Source: Candidatus Latescibacterota bacterium (GTDB lineage Bacteria > Latescibacterota > UBA2968 > GCA-2709665). Taken from it: DNA of 64,000 bases. The notes below the pieces were generated by a model. That model did not search any database, was not told where the DNA came from, and saw only the letters and a program-made list of their open reading frames with translations. The stretch is from positions 3,648,001 to 3,712,000 of the forward strand of contig OZ252100.1 in assembly GCA_965248435.1 (NCBI GenBank). The letters are read 5' to 3'. This document shows, one piece after another, positions 9,964 through 20,082 of this stretch (position 1 is the stretch's first letter; the number at the start of each line of letters is the position of its first letter). A program made the position numbers and the translations under genes.

Positions 9964-10959
9964 ATGAGTAAACCTCGAGTCGGCATCCTGGTGCGCCGCT
10001 CGCTTCGCGAGATGATTCTCCCGGCCGAGGCGCTTCAAGAATTGGAGCGCTTCGCCGAAGTGATCTTGAATCCCGAGGACCGGGACTTCGCGGAGGAAGA
10101 GGCGGCGGTGTTCCTGAGAGATGCGGATGGGGCGATGTCGAGCTGGGGAACCCCGAGCCTCACCTCTGCGATTCTGGAAGCGGCGCCCGGGTTGAAGGTC
10201 TGGGCGCACGCCGCCGGGTCGGCAAAGCGGCGGATGTGCCCCGAGGCCTGGGAGAAGGGGGTCGTGCTCACGAGCGCCGCGGCCGCGATCGCGGTGGATG
10301 TTGCGGAGCTGACGATCGGGTTCATGACGATCGGGCTGAGACGAGTCATCCCTTACATGCGAGAGATGGCGGCGAACGCGGCGATTGATATGGACGCCTC
10401 CCACTCGCTCTACCGAAAGACCGTGGGGATCATCGGCGCCGGACACGTGGGCCGGCGGGTGATGGAGCTCCTCAAACCTTACAAGGCCCGGATCCTGCTC
10501 TACGACCCCTACCTGGATGCAGAGCAGGCGGAGACGCTCGGGGCCGAGCTTGTGGACCTGGAGAAGATGGCGCGAGAGAGCGATGTGGTGACCTGTCACG
10601 CGCCGCGCCTGGATGGGACCCACCACATGGTGAATGGGACGCACTTCAAGCTGATGAAGGACGACGCCATCTTCATAAACAACGCGGTCGGGGATAACGT
10701 CGATGAGGCCGCCCTGATCGAGGAGCTGGAGAAGGGCCGCCTGTTCGCCTTCCTGGATGCGTCCAGTCCTCAGCCACCTGAGCCGGACAGTCCCCTGCGC
10801 CGATTGCCGAACGTGGTCCTGACGCCGGGTCACGCCGCACTCGCCGGCCAAAGGCCCTCCGTGATCGGCGAGATGGCAGTGGAGGAGCTGCGGCGCTTCT
10901 TCGCGGGTGAACCCCAGATGCATCAGCTGACTCGGGAAATGCTGGATCGCATTGCATGA
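9964..10959 (+). CDS. D-2-hydroxyacid dehydrogenase family, copy 2 (catalytic Arg and Glu substituted)
   Basis: Close tandem paralog of 8966..9952. GAGHVG is intact, but the catalytic regions read INNAVG, DASSPQP and TPGHAA. Confidence 0.88.
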   Translation: MSKPRVGILVRRSLREMILPAEALQELERFAEVILNPEDRDFAEEEAAVFLRDADGAMSSWGTPSLTSAILEAAPGLKVWAHAAGSAKRRMCPEAWEKGVVLTSAAAAIAVDVAELTIGFMTIGLRRVIPYMREMAANAAIDMDASHSLYRKTVGIIGAGHVGRRVMELLKPYKARILLYDPYLDAEQAETLGAELVDLEKMARESDVVTCHAPRLDGTHHMVNGTHFKLMKDDAIFINNAVGDNVDEAALIEELEKGRLFAFLDASSPQPPEPDSPLRRLPNVVLTPGHAALAGQRPSVIGEMAVEELRRFFAGEPQMHQLTREMLDRIA

Positions 10960-10968
10960 GAAAAGTCG

Positions 10969-11007
10969 ACCTAACCCCCTAGCCCCCTTCCCTAAAGGGA
11001 AGGGGGA
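10969..11007 (+). repeat. C/G-rich hairpin repeat family A, copy 1 (possible terminator or RNA stabiliser)
   Basis: ACCTAACCCCCTAGCCCCCTTCCC-TAAA-GGGAAGGGGGA. Also at 46152 and, interrupted, at 47780. Confidence 0.8.
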
Positions 11008-11039
11008 ATAATTCTCTGGAGTGATCGTCAGGAGCATCG

Positions 11040-12593
11040 ATGTCCACAACCCATGGCGAAATTCCGTTTCTGATCGGCCAAGACTTCGTCAAACGGCGTA
11101 ACGTCGCCTGGCGGGTCGAGCTGGGCGAGCCGGACCCTGAGAATCCCCTGCTCGAACCGGAGATGCCGTGGGACACCGACCATCCGTTTTTGCACGGGAC
11201 CGTGCTTCGCGATCCGATCGACGGGCTCTGGAAGGCGTGGGGGGCGGCGTCTGCGCACGACCCCTACCAACATCAGGCACGGCGCCTCGCCTACCTGGAG
11301 AGCGAAGATGGGGTTAGCTGGCGTCGTCCGGAGCTCGAACTCTGCCCGTATGGAGAACATAAACGGACCAACATCCTGCTGGATGTGACTTCCGGCGGCG
11401 ACCTCTCTCAGGCCAGTGTGATGGTCAGTCCTGATGCGGACGAGGCTCGGCGTTATGAGATGTTCGTCCTTCGCCGACCGGGATGGCCGGCGGAGCTGCC
11501 CGGGACAGATGTGGCGAAAGGGTTTGAGACGCCTGAAGGTGGTGAGGCCAGGGAACGGGGAATCTACCACTATACATCCAGCGACGGGTTAAACTGGAAT
11601 GCAGATGTGGGCCCGGTCCTCAAGGAGAACAACCACCCGCTTCGCCAGGATGCCACGGCCGACAGCTGCTACATCTTCGGACAGGATGACGGAACTTATG
11701 TCTCCTATCACAAGAAGTCGATTCGGGGTTTTCCAGGTAGCATTATGCCTTACGAACTCGGCCCGGGGGGATGTCGCATCCTGGTGCAGCGGAGGAGTGA
11801 AGACGGCATACACTGGGACCCGCTGGAGTTGTGCATGCTTCCGGACTGGCGAGACACGACCGATACCCAGTTCATGGAGATGGCAGTCTCGCCCGTGACG
11901 GGCGGGTATCTTGGCGTGGTGACCGTTTACAGGACCGGAAGCCAGACCCTGGAGTTTCAGTTTGCGGCGTCGAGGGACGGTCGCTACTGGTGGCGCCCGG
12001 ACCGGCGTGCGTGTGTATCGCTGCCTCCGCTCGGAGAATACGGCGGCGGGATGATGTGGGGGACCCACAACCTGATCGATGACGGGGACCGGCTCCATTA
12101 CTACTACACGGGACTTCAGGGAATTCACGGAGACATCTTCAGTACGGAAGAGGCCGATCTGGCCGAGGCGGAGGGCCGGCCTTACAAGCGGCTCTCACCC
12201 TTGCACGGTGAGGTCCTGGCGCGCGTGCCCAGCCTGATCTTCTTTCACGGCGCCCTCTGTCGGGCGTCCTGGAAGAAGGGGAGACTCTGGGCGCTGACGA
12301 CGGCCTCGGGGGGGAAACTGGAGGGCGAGGCAACGACGCAGGCGAGCATGCGTCAGGGTGAAGTGCTGAACCTGAGCACGGCGACGTTCAGGGATGGCGA
12401 GCTTCGGGCCGAGCTTGTGGGCGAGGATGGTCGGGCAGCGGAGGGATTCGATCGCGACGCGTGTGACCGGTTTTCGGGCGACACGATGCGGACGAGGATG
12501 ACGTGGAACGGGAAAGCGGCCGCGCCTGCTGACGGCCTCCAGGTCAGATTCATACTCAGAAACGCGCGGCTGTATGGGTTTGATTTTACATAG
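11040..12593 (+). CDS. Five-bladed beta-propeller glycoside-hydrolase-like protein, copy 1
   Basis: NPLLEPEMPWD, GTVLRDP.DG.WKAW, repeated SEDGxxW boxes, ASRDGRYW, C-terminal beta-sandwich ending ARLYGF. No signal peptide. Confidence 0.7.
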   Translation: MSTTHGEIPFLIGQDFVKRRNVAWRVELGEPDPENPLLEPEMPWDTDHPFLHGTVLRDPIDGLWKAWGAASAHDPYQHQARRLAYLESEDGVSWRRPELELCPYGEHKRTNILLDVTSGGDLSQASVMVSPDADEARRYEMFVLRRPGWPAELPGTDVAKGFETPEGGEARERGIYHYTSSDGLNWNADVGPVLKENNHPLRQDATADSCYIFGQDDGTYVSYHKKSIRGFPGSIMPYELGPGGCRILVQRRSEDGIHWDPLELCMLPDWRDTTDTQFMEMAVSPVTGGYLGVVTVYRTGSQTLEFQFAASRDGRYWWRPDRRACVSLPPLGEYGGGMMWGTHNLIDDGDRLHYYYTGLQGIHGDIFSTEEADLAEAEGRPYKRLSPLHGEVLARVPSLIFFHGALCRASWKKGRLWALTTASGGKLEGEATTQASMRQGEVLNLSTATFRDGELRAELVGEDGRAAEGFDRDACDRFSGDTMRTRMTWNGKAAAPADGLQVRFILRNARLYGFDFT

Positions 12594-12600
12594 AGGAAAC

Positions 12601-12646
12601 AAATCCCCCCTACCCCCCTTTTCCAAAGGGGGATTAAGGGGGATTT
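12601..12646. repeat. C/G-rich palindromic repeat family B (collapsed doublet)
   Basis: AAATCCCCCCTACCCCCCTTTTCCAAAGGGGGATTAAGGGGGATTT. The same arms flank the ISL3 at 56756 and 58162-58194. Confidence 0.8.
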
Positions 12647-12681
12647 AAGAATCATCACATCTCACCTCAAAGAGTTGATTC

Positions 12682-14244
12682 ATGTCCACGACTGACCGAG
12701 GGATTCCGTTTCTGATCGGCGATGACTTCGTCAAGCGCCGAAACGTCGCCTGGCGGGTCGAGCTGGGCGAGCCGGACCCTGAGAATCCGCTGCTCGAACC
12801 GGAGATGCCGTGGGACAACGATCATCCGTTTTTGCACGGGACCGTACTTCGCGATCCGATCGACGGGCTATGGAAGGCGTGGGGTACAGCGGCGGCACAC
12901 GACCCCTACCGATATCACGCCCGCCGCCTCGCCTACCTGGAGAGCGAAGACGGGGTTCACTGGCGTCGCCCGGAGCTTGAACTCTGTCCGTATGGCCAAC
13001 ACGAACGGACGAACATCCTGCTGGACGTGGATTCTGGCGGCAACCTCTCTTGTATGAGCGTGATCGTCAATCCGGATGCGGACGAGTCTCGGCGTTATGA
13101 GATGTTCGTCCTTCGCCGACCGGGATGGCTGGTGGAGGTCCCCGGGACTGAGGTCGCGAAGGGATTTCGGACTCCCGAGGGTTGTGAGGCCAGGGAACGG
13201 GGGATCTACCACTACACGTCCAGTGACGGCATAAAATGGAACGCGGACGTCGGTCCGGTCCTGCTGGAGAACAACGATCCACTTCGTCAAGACGCCACCT
13301 CGGACAACAGTTACTTCTTCCGACAGGAAGATGGGACCTACGTCTCCTATCACAAGAAGTCGATTCGTGGGTTCCCCGGCAACATCATCCCGTATGAACT
13401 CGGCCCGGGAGGATGCCGCATCCTGGTACAGAGGCGAAGCGAGGACGGCATCCACTGGGACCCGCTGGAGCTATGCATGCTGCCGGACTGGAGAGACCCG
13501 AATGATACCCAGTTCATGGAGATGGGGGTCTCGCCCGTGTCCGGCGGCTACCTGGGGATCGTGACCGTTTACAGGACGGGGAACCAGACCCTGGAGCTCC
13601 AGTTCGCGGCGTCCAGGGATGGCCGCTATTGGTGGCGCCCCGACCGGCGTGCTTGTGTGTCGATGCCTCCACTCGGAGACTACGGCGGGGGGATGATGTG
13701 GGGGTCGCACAACCCGATCGAAGAGGGGGACCGGCTCCACGTCTACTACACGGGAGCTCAGGGTCTCCACGGAGACATCTTCAGCACGGAGGAGGCCGAT
13801 CTGGCGGAGGCGGAGGGCCGGCCGTATAAGCCGCTTAAGCCCCTGCACGGTGAGGTCCTGGCCCGCGTGCCCAGCCTTATCTTTCATCACGGCGCGTTCT
13901 GTCGGGCGTCTTGGAAGCGAGGGAGGCTCTGGGCGCTGACAACGGCCTCGGGTGGAAACCTGGAAGGCGAGGCGACCACGCGCGCGAGCATCGGCCATGG
14001 TGAAACGCTGGACGTCAGCGCCGCCACGTTCCGGAATGGCGAGCTTCGGGCGGAGCTTGTGGGCGAGGATGGTCGAGCGGCGGAGGGATTTGACCGCGAT
14101 GCGTGTGAGGGGATTTCGGGCGATACGATGCGGACGACGGTCACGTGGAATGGAAAAGCAGCCGTGCCCACAGATGGATTGCAAATCAGGTTCGTCCTCA
14201 GAAACGCGCGGCTGTATGGCTTTGAATTCGCGCAGCCAAATTAA
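12682..14244 (+). CDS. Five-bladed beta-propeller GH-like protein, copy 2
   Basis: Collinear and highly similar to 11040..12593. Confidence 0.7.
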   Translation: MSTTDRGIPFLIGDDFVKRRNVAWRVELGEPDPENPLLEPEMPWDNDHPFLHGTVLRDPIDGLWKAWGTAAAHDPYRYHARRLAYLESEDGVHWRRPELELCPYGQHERTNILLDVDSGGNLSCMSVIVNPDADESRRYEMFVLRRPGWLVEVPGTEVAKGFRTPEGCEARERGIYHYTSSDGIKWNADVGPVLLENNDPLRQDATSDNSYFFRQEDGTYVSYHKKSIRGFPGNIIPYELGPGGCRILVQRRSEDGIHWDPLELCMLPDWRDPNDTQFMEMGVSPVSGGYLGIVTVYRTGNQTLELQFAASRDGRYWWRPDRRACVSMPPLGDYGGGMMWGSHNPIEEGDRLHVYYTGAQGLHGDIFSTEEADLAEAEGRPYKPLKPLHGEVLARVPSLIFHHGAFCRASWKRGRLWALTTASGGNLEGEATTRASIGHGETLDVSAATFRNGELRAELVGEDGRAAEGFDRDACEGISGDTMRTTVTWNGKAAVPTDGLQIRFVLRNARLYGFEFAQPN

Positions 14245-14316
14245 TGTGTTCCGGGTCGCCCTTTTCGTCGTTCACAGAAATCCGGCGCGCCGGTTGACTA
14301 CTTCGGGAGTAGATCG

Positions 14317-15879
14317 ATGTCCAAAACCGAGAGCGAGATCCCTTTTCTGATCGGCGAGGACTTTGTTCGGCGCCGCAATGTTGCCTGGAGGGTTGAGATC
14401 GGCAGGACACCGGACAACCCGCTGCTCGAACCGGAGATGCCCTGGGATGACGGTCATCCGTTCCTGCACGGCACGGTCCTTCTGGATCCGACCGACGGGA
14501 TCTGGAAGGCGTGGGGGGCGGCAGGGCAGAACGATACCAAGTACCGTAGACAGGCCCGTCGCCTGGCCTATCTGGAGAGTGAGGACGGGATCGACTGGCG
14601 CCGACCCGAGCTGGACCTCTACCCGTTCGGGGATCACGCGAGAACGAACATCGTGATGGACCTGGACTCGGGCGGAAACGCGATCTACGCAAACGTGTTT
14701 GTCCAACCCGAAGCGCCGGAAGCTCAGCGGTACCGGATGTTCGTTCTACGCAGGTTCGGTCTTCCCTCCCGGGACCTCGGGGTAAAGACCATCCGGGGGT
14801 TCACCGGGCCCGACGGAAAGGAATCGCGATCTGTCGGGGTCTATTGCTACAACTCTCCTGACGGACTCCACTGGGAACCGGATGTGGGCCCCGTGCTTGT
14901 CGAAAGTGCCGACCTCCTGAGCGCGAGTGCCACGACGGACGGCATCTTCATCTATCCTGAGCCGGACGGGAGCTTCTCGGCCTATCACAAAGTGGTGATC
15001 CGAGGATTCCCCGGCTCCATTCTACCTTATGAAAGCGGGCCGGGGGCGACCCGGGTGCTGGTGAGACGCACGAGCGAGGACGGGATTCACTGGGGAATGC
15101 ACGAACCCTGTATCCAGCCGGACTGGCGGGACCCGAACGATACGGAGTTCATGGAGATGGCGGTCACTCCCGTGGCAGGAGGTTACGTCGGGGTGCTGAC
15201 GCTCTACCGAACGAGCAATCAGACCCTGGAGCTTCAGTTCGCCGCTTCCCGCGACGGCCGCTACTGGTGGCGACCGGACCGGCGGGCATGCGTGGAGCAG
15301 CCTCCGCTCGGCGATTACGGCGGCGGGATGATGTGGGGGTCTCACCATATGATCGGCGACGGCGATGACATCCATTTCTACTACAGCGGGCTTCAGGGGA
15401 TTCACGGGGACATGCTGGGCACCCAGGATGCCGATCAGGCCGCCCTGGAGGGACGAGATTACGCGGGCCTTCCTCCGCTTCACGGAGAGGTTTACTCTCG
15501 CTCGGCGGACATCCTCTACTTCCACGGTGCGCTGTGCAGAGCGACATGGAGGCGAGGGAGGCTCTGGGGGCTGGCGACCGCCTCCGGGGGCCACATGGAG
15601 GGCACAGCCGTTACCTCCGCGGAGATGGACAAGGGACAGTCGCTGGACATCAATGCCAGCACCGTGAAGGATGGCGAGATCCTCGCCGAGCTGCTGGACG
15701 GAGAAGGTCGCGTTGCCCAGGGCTTTGATCGCGATGCGTGTGACCCGTTTTCGGGTGATGCACCGCTGCACAGGATCACGTGGAAGGGTAAAGCCGCTGC
15801 CCCAGCCGATGGGCTACAGGCGAGGTTCATTCTGCGTCGCGCGGTGCTTTACGGGTTTGAGTTCAGCAATGAAAAGTAG
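14317..15879 (+). CDS. Five-bladed beta-propeller GH-like protein, copy 3
   Basis: Same motifs (NPLLEPEMPWD, PDWRDPNDTEFMEM, GGGMMWG). More diverged. Confidence 0.7.
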   Translation: MSKTESEIPFLIGEDFVRRRNVAWRVEIGRTPDNPLLEPEMPWDDGHPFLHGTVLLDPTDGIWKAWGAAGQNDTKYRRQARRLAYLESEDGIDWRRPELDLYPFGDHARTNIVMDLDSGGNAIYANVFVQPEAPEAQRYRMFVLRRFGLPSRDLGVKTIRGFTGPDGKESRSVGVYCYNSPDGLHWEPDVGPVLVESADLLSASATTDGIFIYPEPDGSFSAYHKVVIRGFPGSILPYESGPGATRVLVRRTSEDGIHWGMHEPCIQPDWRDPNDTEFMEMAVTPVAGGYVGVLTLYRTSNQTLELQFAASRDGRYWWRPDRRACVEQPPLGDYGGGMMWGSHHMIGDGDDIHFYYSGLQGIHGDMLGTQDADQAALEGRDYAGLPPLHGEVYSRSADILYFHGALCRATWRRGRLWGLATASGGHMEGTAVTSAEMDKGQSLDINASTVKDGEILAELLDGEGRVAQGFDRDACDPFSGDAPLHRITWKGKAAAPADGLQARFILRRAVLYGFEFSNEK

Positions 15880-15890
15880 CGGTGATCAAG

Positions 15891-15976
15891 GACCGCAGAC
15901 GACAGACCGCAGACGGCGAGATGAATAACGTGATCCCTGAGGTTTTGAGCCGTCCGTGGTCCGCGGTCCGTCGTCG
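15891..15976. repeat. Inverted pair of heptamer tandem arrays
   Basis: GACCGCA-GACGACA-GACCGCA-GACGGCG (15891-15918) and CGTCCGT-GGTCCGC-GGTCCGT-CGTCG (15951-15976), roughly reverse-complementary. Confidence 0.65.
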
Positions 15977-16003
15977 TGCATAGCGGGTTTTAGGAGAGGT
16001 CAA

Positions 16004-17320
16004 CTGAGCAACGTACCAATGACGCGTCCCGAAGAAGCGCTGGCGATTCACGAAACGGACACCTATCGTGCTTCGACCTTCGCCCGGCTGGAAGACGGAC
16101 GCATCCTGCAGTTGGCCGGTACGACCTTCACGATCTCCGACGACGGGGGGCTTACCTGGTCGGAGCCGTTCGAGCGCCGAGACCCTAACGGGAATCTGGT
16201 CGGTGGCCTGTGGATGTCGCTGGTCAGGTTGTCTGGGAACGGGGTGGGTGTGTCCACAGGGGGGACCGGTTTCGGACTGGATTCCCCTCACGATTTGCCG
16301 GGAAACCACTTCCAGTTCCAGGTGTTCTGGCGTTCGGAGGATGGCGGGGAGACGTGGGAAGCGCCGGTACGCATCAGCGTTCCCGGGATCGATGCCTGCC
16401 AGTATCACGACGTGCTGATTCGCACTTCGTCGGGCAGGATCGTTATGCCGGTGTACACCAGGTTCGGTCAAAAGTTGGGGCCCGGTGGCGTCGAGCCGCC
16501 CCATTCCGGGAAGCTGGTGCACGGCCAGTGGGCCTCCTCCCGCACCCATTTCTGGGATCCAGGCTTCCGGGGCTCCCTGGTGTATTACTCGGACGACGAC
16601 GGGCGGACGTGGCAGAGAAACCGGGACGGGGAGCTCATCATCCTGCTGGACTGGAACGCGAATTTCAACTACACGAACGAGCCCTCAGTAACGGAGGTAG
16701 AGCCGGGTAGACTGCTGATGCTCCTGCGCACGGCCCTCGGACGCCTCTTCCAGGCCTGGTCTACCGACAACGGAGAGACGTGGACCCGGCCCGCGCCGAC
16801 CCCGCTCGCCTCTTCCATCGCGCCGGGCCAGATCCGAACGCTGCCGAACGGTCACCTGCTGGCGGTGTGGAACCAGCACAGTGAAGATGAGATCAAGCAG
16901 GGGTACGTGCGCACACGGATCTCTTCAGCGGTCAGTCGCAACGGGGGCAGCATCTGGGAATTCTTCCAGAACGTGGAATCGATGCACGAAGAGACGCGAG
17001 TGGAGCCGGGTCCGATCCGACCCGTGCGTCCCGAAGAGTACCATTTCAGGCCGGGTGTGCCTGCACCAGAACGGGAGGGACGTTACCTCACGCCGACCGA
17101 GACCTACGGATGGTGGACCTATCCCTCGGTGTTCGTGATGGAAGACCGGGTGCTCATCGGTCACCGCTACCGGGCCTATCGGGAACACCCGACCCAGGCA
17201 ACACTCCTCACGAGCAGTGAAGCGGAAGGGAGCGGCGGCTTCATTCACAAGCTTAAGGTCCTGCCAATCACCTGGTTTTACGGGGGTAAAGAGCCGGCTG
17301 AGAGCGTCTGGATTGCTTAG
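16004..17320 (+). CDS. BNR/Asp-box sialidase-fold protein 1 (subgroup A)
   Basis: Five Asp boxes (SDDGGLTW, SEDGGETW, SDDDGRTW, STDNGETW, SRNGGSIW), NEPSV, TYPS. CTG at 16004 aligns with the paralog starts (xSNVPMTRPEE) downstream of GGAGAGG. Alternative ATG at 16019. Confidence 0.82.
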   Translation: MSNVPMTRPEEALAIHETDTYRASTFARLEDGRILQLAGTTFTISDDGGLTWSEPFERRDPNGNLVGGLWMSLVRLSGNGVGVSTGGTGFGLDSPHDLPGNHFQFQVFWRSEDGGETWEAPVRISVPGIDACQYHDVLIRTSSGRIVMPVYTRFGQKLGPGGVEPPHSGKLVHGQWASSRTHFWDPGFRGSLVYYSDDDGRTWQRNRDGELIILLDWNANFNYTNEPSVTEVEPGRLLMLLRTALGRLFQAWSTDNGETWTRPAPTPLASSIAPGQIRTLPNGHLLAVWNQHSEDEIKQGYVRTRISSAVSRNGGSIWEFFQNVESMHEETRVEPGPIRPVRPEEYHFRPGVPAPEREGRYLTPTETYGWWTYPSVFVMEDRVLIGHRYRAYREHPTQATLLTSSEAEGSGGFIHKLKVLPITWFYGGKEPAESVWIA

Positions 17321-17374
17321 GATGATCTACCGTTATTCCAAAGTCGTTGCTGAGCGTACACGACGAGGGATTAC

Positions 17375-18703
17375 GTGAGCAACGTACCGATGACGCGCCC
17401 CGAAGAGGCGCTTGCGATTCACGAGACGGACGCCGTCCGCGCTTCCACCTTCACTCAGCTGGAAGACGGGCGCATCCTGCAGTTGGCTGGAAGGACGTTC
17501 ACGACATCCAACGACGGGGGCCTCACCTGGTCCGAGCCGTTCGAGCGCCGTGACCCGAACGGAAACTTGATCGGGGCCGGAGGGCGTTCGCTCGTCAGGC
17601 TCTCCGGAAACGGGATCGGGGTTGCCGGCTATGGGCGAGGTATGGGACTGGACTCGCCCTACGATCTTCCCGAGAGCCATCACCAGGTGTTCTGGCGTTC
17701 GGAGGATGCCGGGGAGACGTGGGAGGCGCCGGTACGCATCAGCATTCCCGGAATCGACACCTGCCAGTTCCAGGACGTGCTGATTCGTACCTCTTCGGGC
17801 AGGATCGTTCTGCCGGTGTTTACCCGAATGGGTCAACGCACGGGGCCCGGAGGCGTCGAACCGCCTGTTTCCGGGAAGCTGCTGAAAGGACAATGGGCAT
17901 CCTCGCATACTCACTTTTTCGATCCGGGCTTTCGGGGATCCCTTGTCTACTACTCAGACGACGACGGGCGGACGTGGCAGCGAAATCGAGACAGCGAGCT
18001 GTTCATCCTGCTGGACTGGAACGCGAATTTCAACTACACGAACGAGCCCTCAGTAACGGAGGTCGAGCCGGGTAGACTGCTGATGTTCCTGCGCACGGCC
18101 CTCGGGCGCCTCTTCCATTCCTGGTCTGCCGATAACGGGGAGACGTGGACCCGGCCCGCGCCGACCGCGCTGGCCTCGTCCATCGCGCCGGGTCAGATCC
18201 GGACGCTGCCGAACGGCCATCTGCTCGCGGTGTGGAACCAGCACAGTCAGGAGGAGATCAGGCAGGGGTTCGTACGAACACGGATCTCTTCGGCGGTCAG
18301 TCGCAACGGGGGCAGTATCTGGGAATTCTTTCAGAACGTGGAATCGATACACGAAGAGACGAAGGTGGAGCCGGGCCCGATTCGGCCGGTCCGTCCTGAG
18401 GAATTCCATTTCAGACCGGGTGTGTCTGCCCCGGAGCGGGAGGGACGTTACCTCACGCCGGCTGAGGCCTATGGCTGGTGGACTTATCCGTCAGTGCTGG
18501 TGATGGAAGACCGGGTGCTCATCGGGCACCGTTACCGGACGTATCGGGAACACCCTACCCAGGCAAGGCTCCTTATGAGCAGTGAAGTAGAGGGGAGTGG
18601 CGGCTTCATTCTCAAGCTGAAGGTGCTGCCGCTTTCTTGGTTCTACGGGGGCAAGCAACCGGCTGAGAGCGTCTGGATCGCCCAGAAGGATATACCAGTA
18701 TAA
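17375..18703 (+). CDS. BNR/Asp-box sialidase-fold protein 2 (subgroup A)
   Basis: Close paralog of copy 1. GTG start. Confidence 0.85.
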   Translation: MSNVPMTRPEEALAIHETDAVRASTFTQLEDGRILQLAGRTFTTSNDGGLTWSEPFERRDPNGNLIGAGGRSLVRLSGNGIGVAGYGRGMGLDSPYDLPESHHQVFWRSEDAGETWEAPVRISIPGIDTCQFQDVLIRTSSGRIVLPVFTRMGQRTGPGGVEPPVSGKLLKGQWASSHTHFFDPGFRGSLVYYSDDDGRTWQRNRDSELFILLDWNANFNYTNEPSVTEVEPGRLLMFLRTALGRLFHSWSADNGETWTRPAPTALASSIAPGQIRTLPNGHLLAVWNQHSQEEIRQGFVRTRISSAVSRNGGSIWEFFQNVESIHEETKVEPGPIRPVRPEEFHFRPGVSAPEREGRYLTPAEAYGWWTYPSVLVMEDRVLIGHRYRTYREHPTQARLLMSSEVEGSGGFILKLKVLPLSWFYGGKQPAESVWIAQKDIPV

Positions 18704-18705
18704 GT

Positions 18706-18763
18706 GTATCTCGTATTTCGTATCTCGCGGCTCTTCACTTCTCATATACGATAGTTGATTTCA
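18706..18763 (+). repeat. GTATCTC heptamer leader plus GATAGYTGATT motif upstream of BNR gene 3
   Basis: GTATCTC-GTATTTC-GTATCTC at 18706-18726. GATAGTTGATTTCA at 18750-18763. Related leaders at 20083 and 25504. Confidence 0.65.
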
Positions 18764-18797
18764 AACTCTACTATTAACGAAAGAAGGAGAAGGTCAC

Positions 18798-20078
18798 ATG
18801 AGTAACGTTCCGATGACACGACCGGAAGAGGCGCTGGCCATGTATGACCTTCCCTACTGGCACCACACCGCCTTCGTCGAAAGGAGGGACGGCAGCGTCC
18901 TTCAGGTCTGCGGCGCCAAGTTTCTGACGTCGGAAAACGGGGGAATTAGCTGGTCGGAGCCCTACGAGTGTCACGACCCGGACGGAGATCAGGTGATGGC
19001 CCGGTCTCTCGTGAGACTCGAGGGGGATGCGATCGGGATGTCTTACGTCGCTCATGACGAAAAATCGTATATGACATTCAGGCGCTCGGAGGATGGCGGA
19101 AAGACGTGGGGGCTCCCACTTCGCGTTTCCCCGGAGGGGTTTTCCGTATCCGACTATCACGACACGATGATTCGGACCTTTTCGGGACGTCTGATCATGC
19201 CGGTCTACGTGGGACTGGGACAGGGATCTGCCTCGAACGACATCCCGGGGCCCTGGCCGGGCAAACTGGTGAGGGGGCAGTGGGTCTCCACGAACGCCCA
19301 CTTTTTCGACATGGGGTTCTCCTGTTCGTTCGTCTACTACTCGGATGACGGAGGGGCGACCTGGCAGACGAACAGGGGCGGGAAGCTGCTGGTCAACCTG
19401 GACTACAGCGCCGTGTGCAGCTACTTGAACGAGCCCTCCGTGACCGAGGTGGAGCCCGGTGTCCTTCTGCTGTTCCTGCGCTCCGGACTTGGACGTTTGT
19501 TTCAGGCCTGGTCGCACGACAACGGGGAGACATGGACCCGCCCGGAGCCAACGTCGCTGGCGACGTCGACGGCGCCGGGGCAGATCCGGACGCTGCCGAA
19601 CGGCCATTTGCTGGCGGTCTGGAATCAGCTGGGGCCGGAGGAGATCCGGCGCGGCTACCATCGATCGCGGATCTCGACGGCGATCAGCCGGAACGGGGGG
19701 AGTGTGTGGGAGTTCTTCCAGAACGTGACCTCCCTTCACGAGGAGACGCGGGTCGAGCCGGGTCCGATCGAGCCGGTGCGTCCGGAGGAGTATCACTACA
19801 ACCCTGACATGCCGGCGCCGGAGCGTGAAACAGAGTATGTGACCCCGGCGGATGAGTACGGCGTGTGGACCTACCCTTCCGTACTGGTGCTGAAGGACCG
19901 GGTGATTATCTCGCACCGCTACTACATGTACGGAGAGCACGAGACGGCCGCACAGCTTGTGAAGACCGGTCCCACCGAAGATATCCACGGCTTCATCCAG
20001 AAGCAGAAGGTGCTGCCACTGTCCTGGCTGTATGGCGGCAAGGAACCGGCGGACAGTCCACACATAGCTGGATCGTAG
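18798..20078 (+). CDS. BNR/Asp-box sialidase-fold protein 3 (subgroup B)
   Basis: MSNVPMTRPEEALA start, Asp boxes, NEPSV, WTYPS. Confidence 0.85.
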   Translation: MSNVPMTRPEEALAMYDLPYWHHTAFVERRDGSVLQVCGAKFLTSENGGISWSEPYECHDPDGDQVMARSLVRLEGDAIGMSYVAHDEKSYMTFRRSEDGGKTWGLPLRVSPEGFSVSDYHDTMIRTFSGRLIMPVYVGLGQGSASNDIPGPWPGKLVRGQWVSTNAHFFDMGFSCSFVYYSDDGGATWQTNRGGKLLVNLDYSAVCSYLNEPSVTEVEPGVLLLFLRSGLGRLFQAWSHDNGETWTRPEPTSLATSTAPGQIRTLPNGHLLAVWNQLGPEEIRRGYHRSRISTAISRNGGSVWEFFQNVTSLHEETRVEPGPIEPVRPEEYHYNPDMPAPERETEYVTPADEYGVWTYPSVLVLKDRVIISHRYYMYGEHETAAQLVKTGPTEDIHGFIQKQKVLPLSWLYGGKEPADSPHIAGS

Positions 20079-20082
20079 ACGC

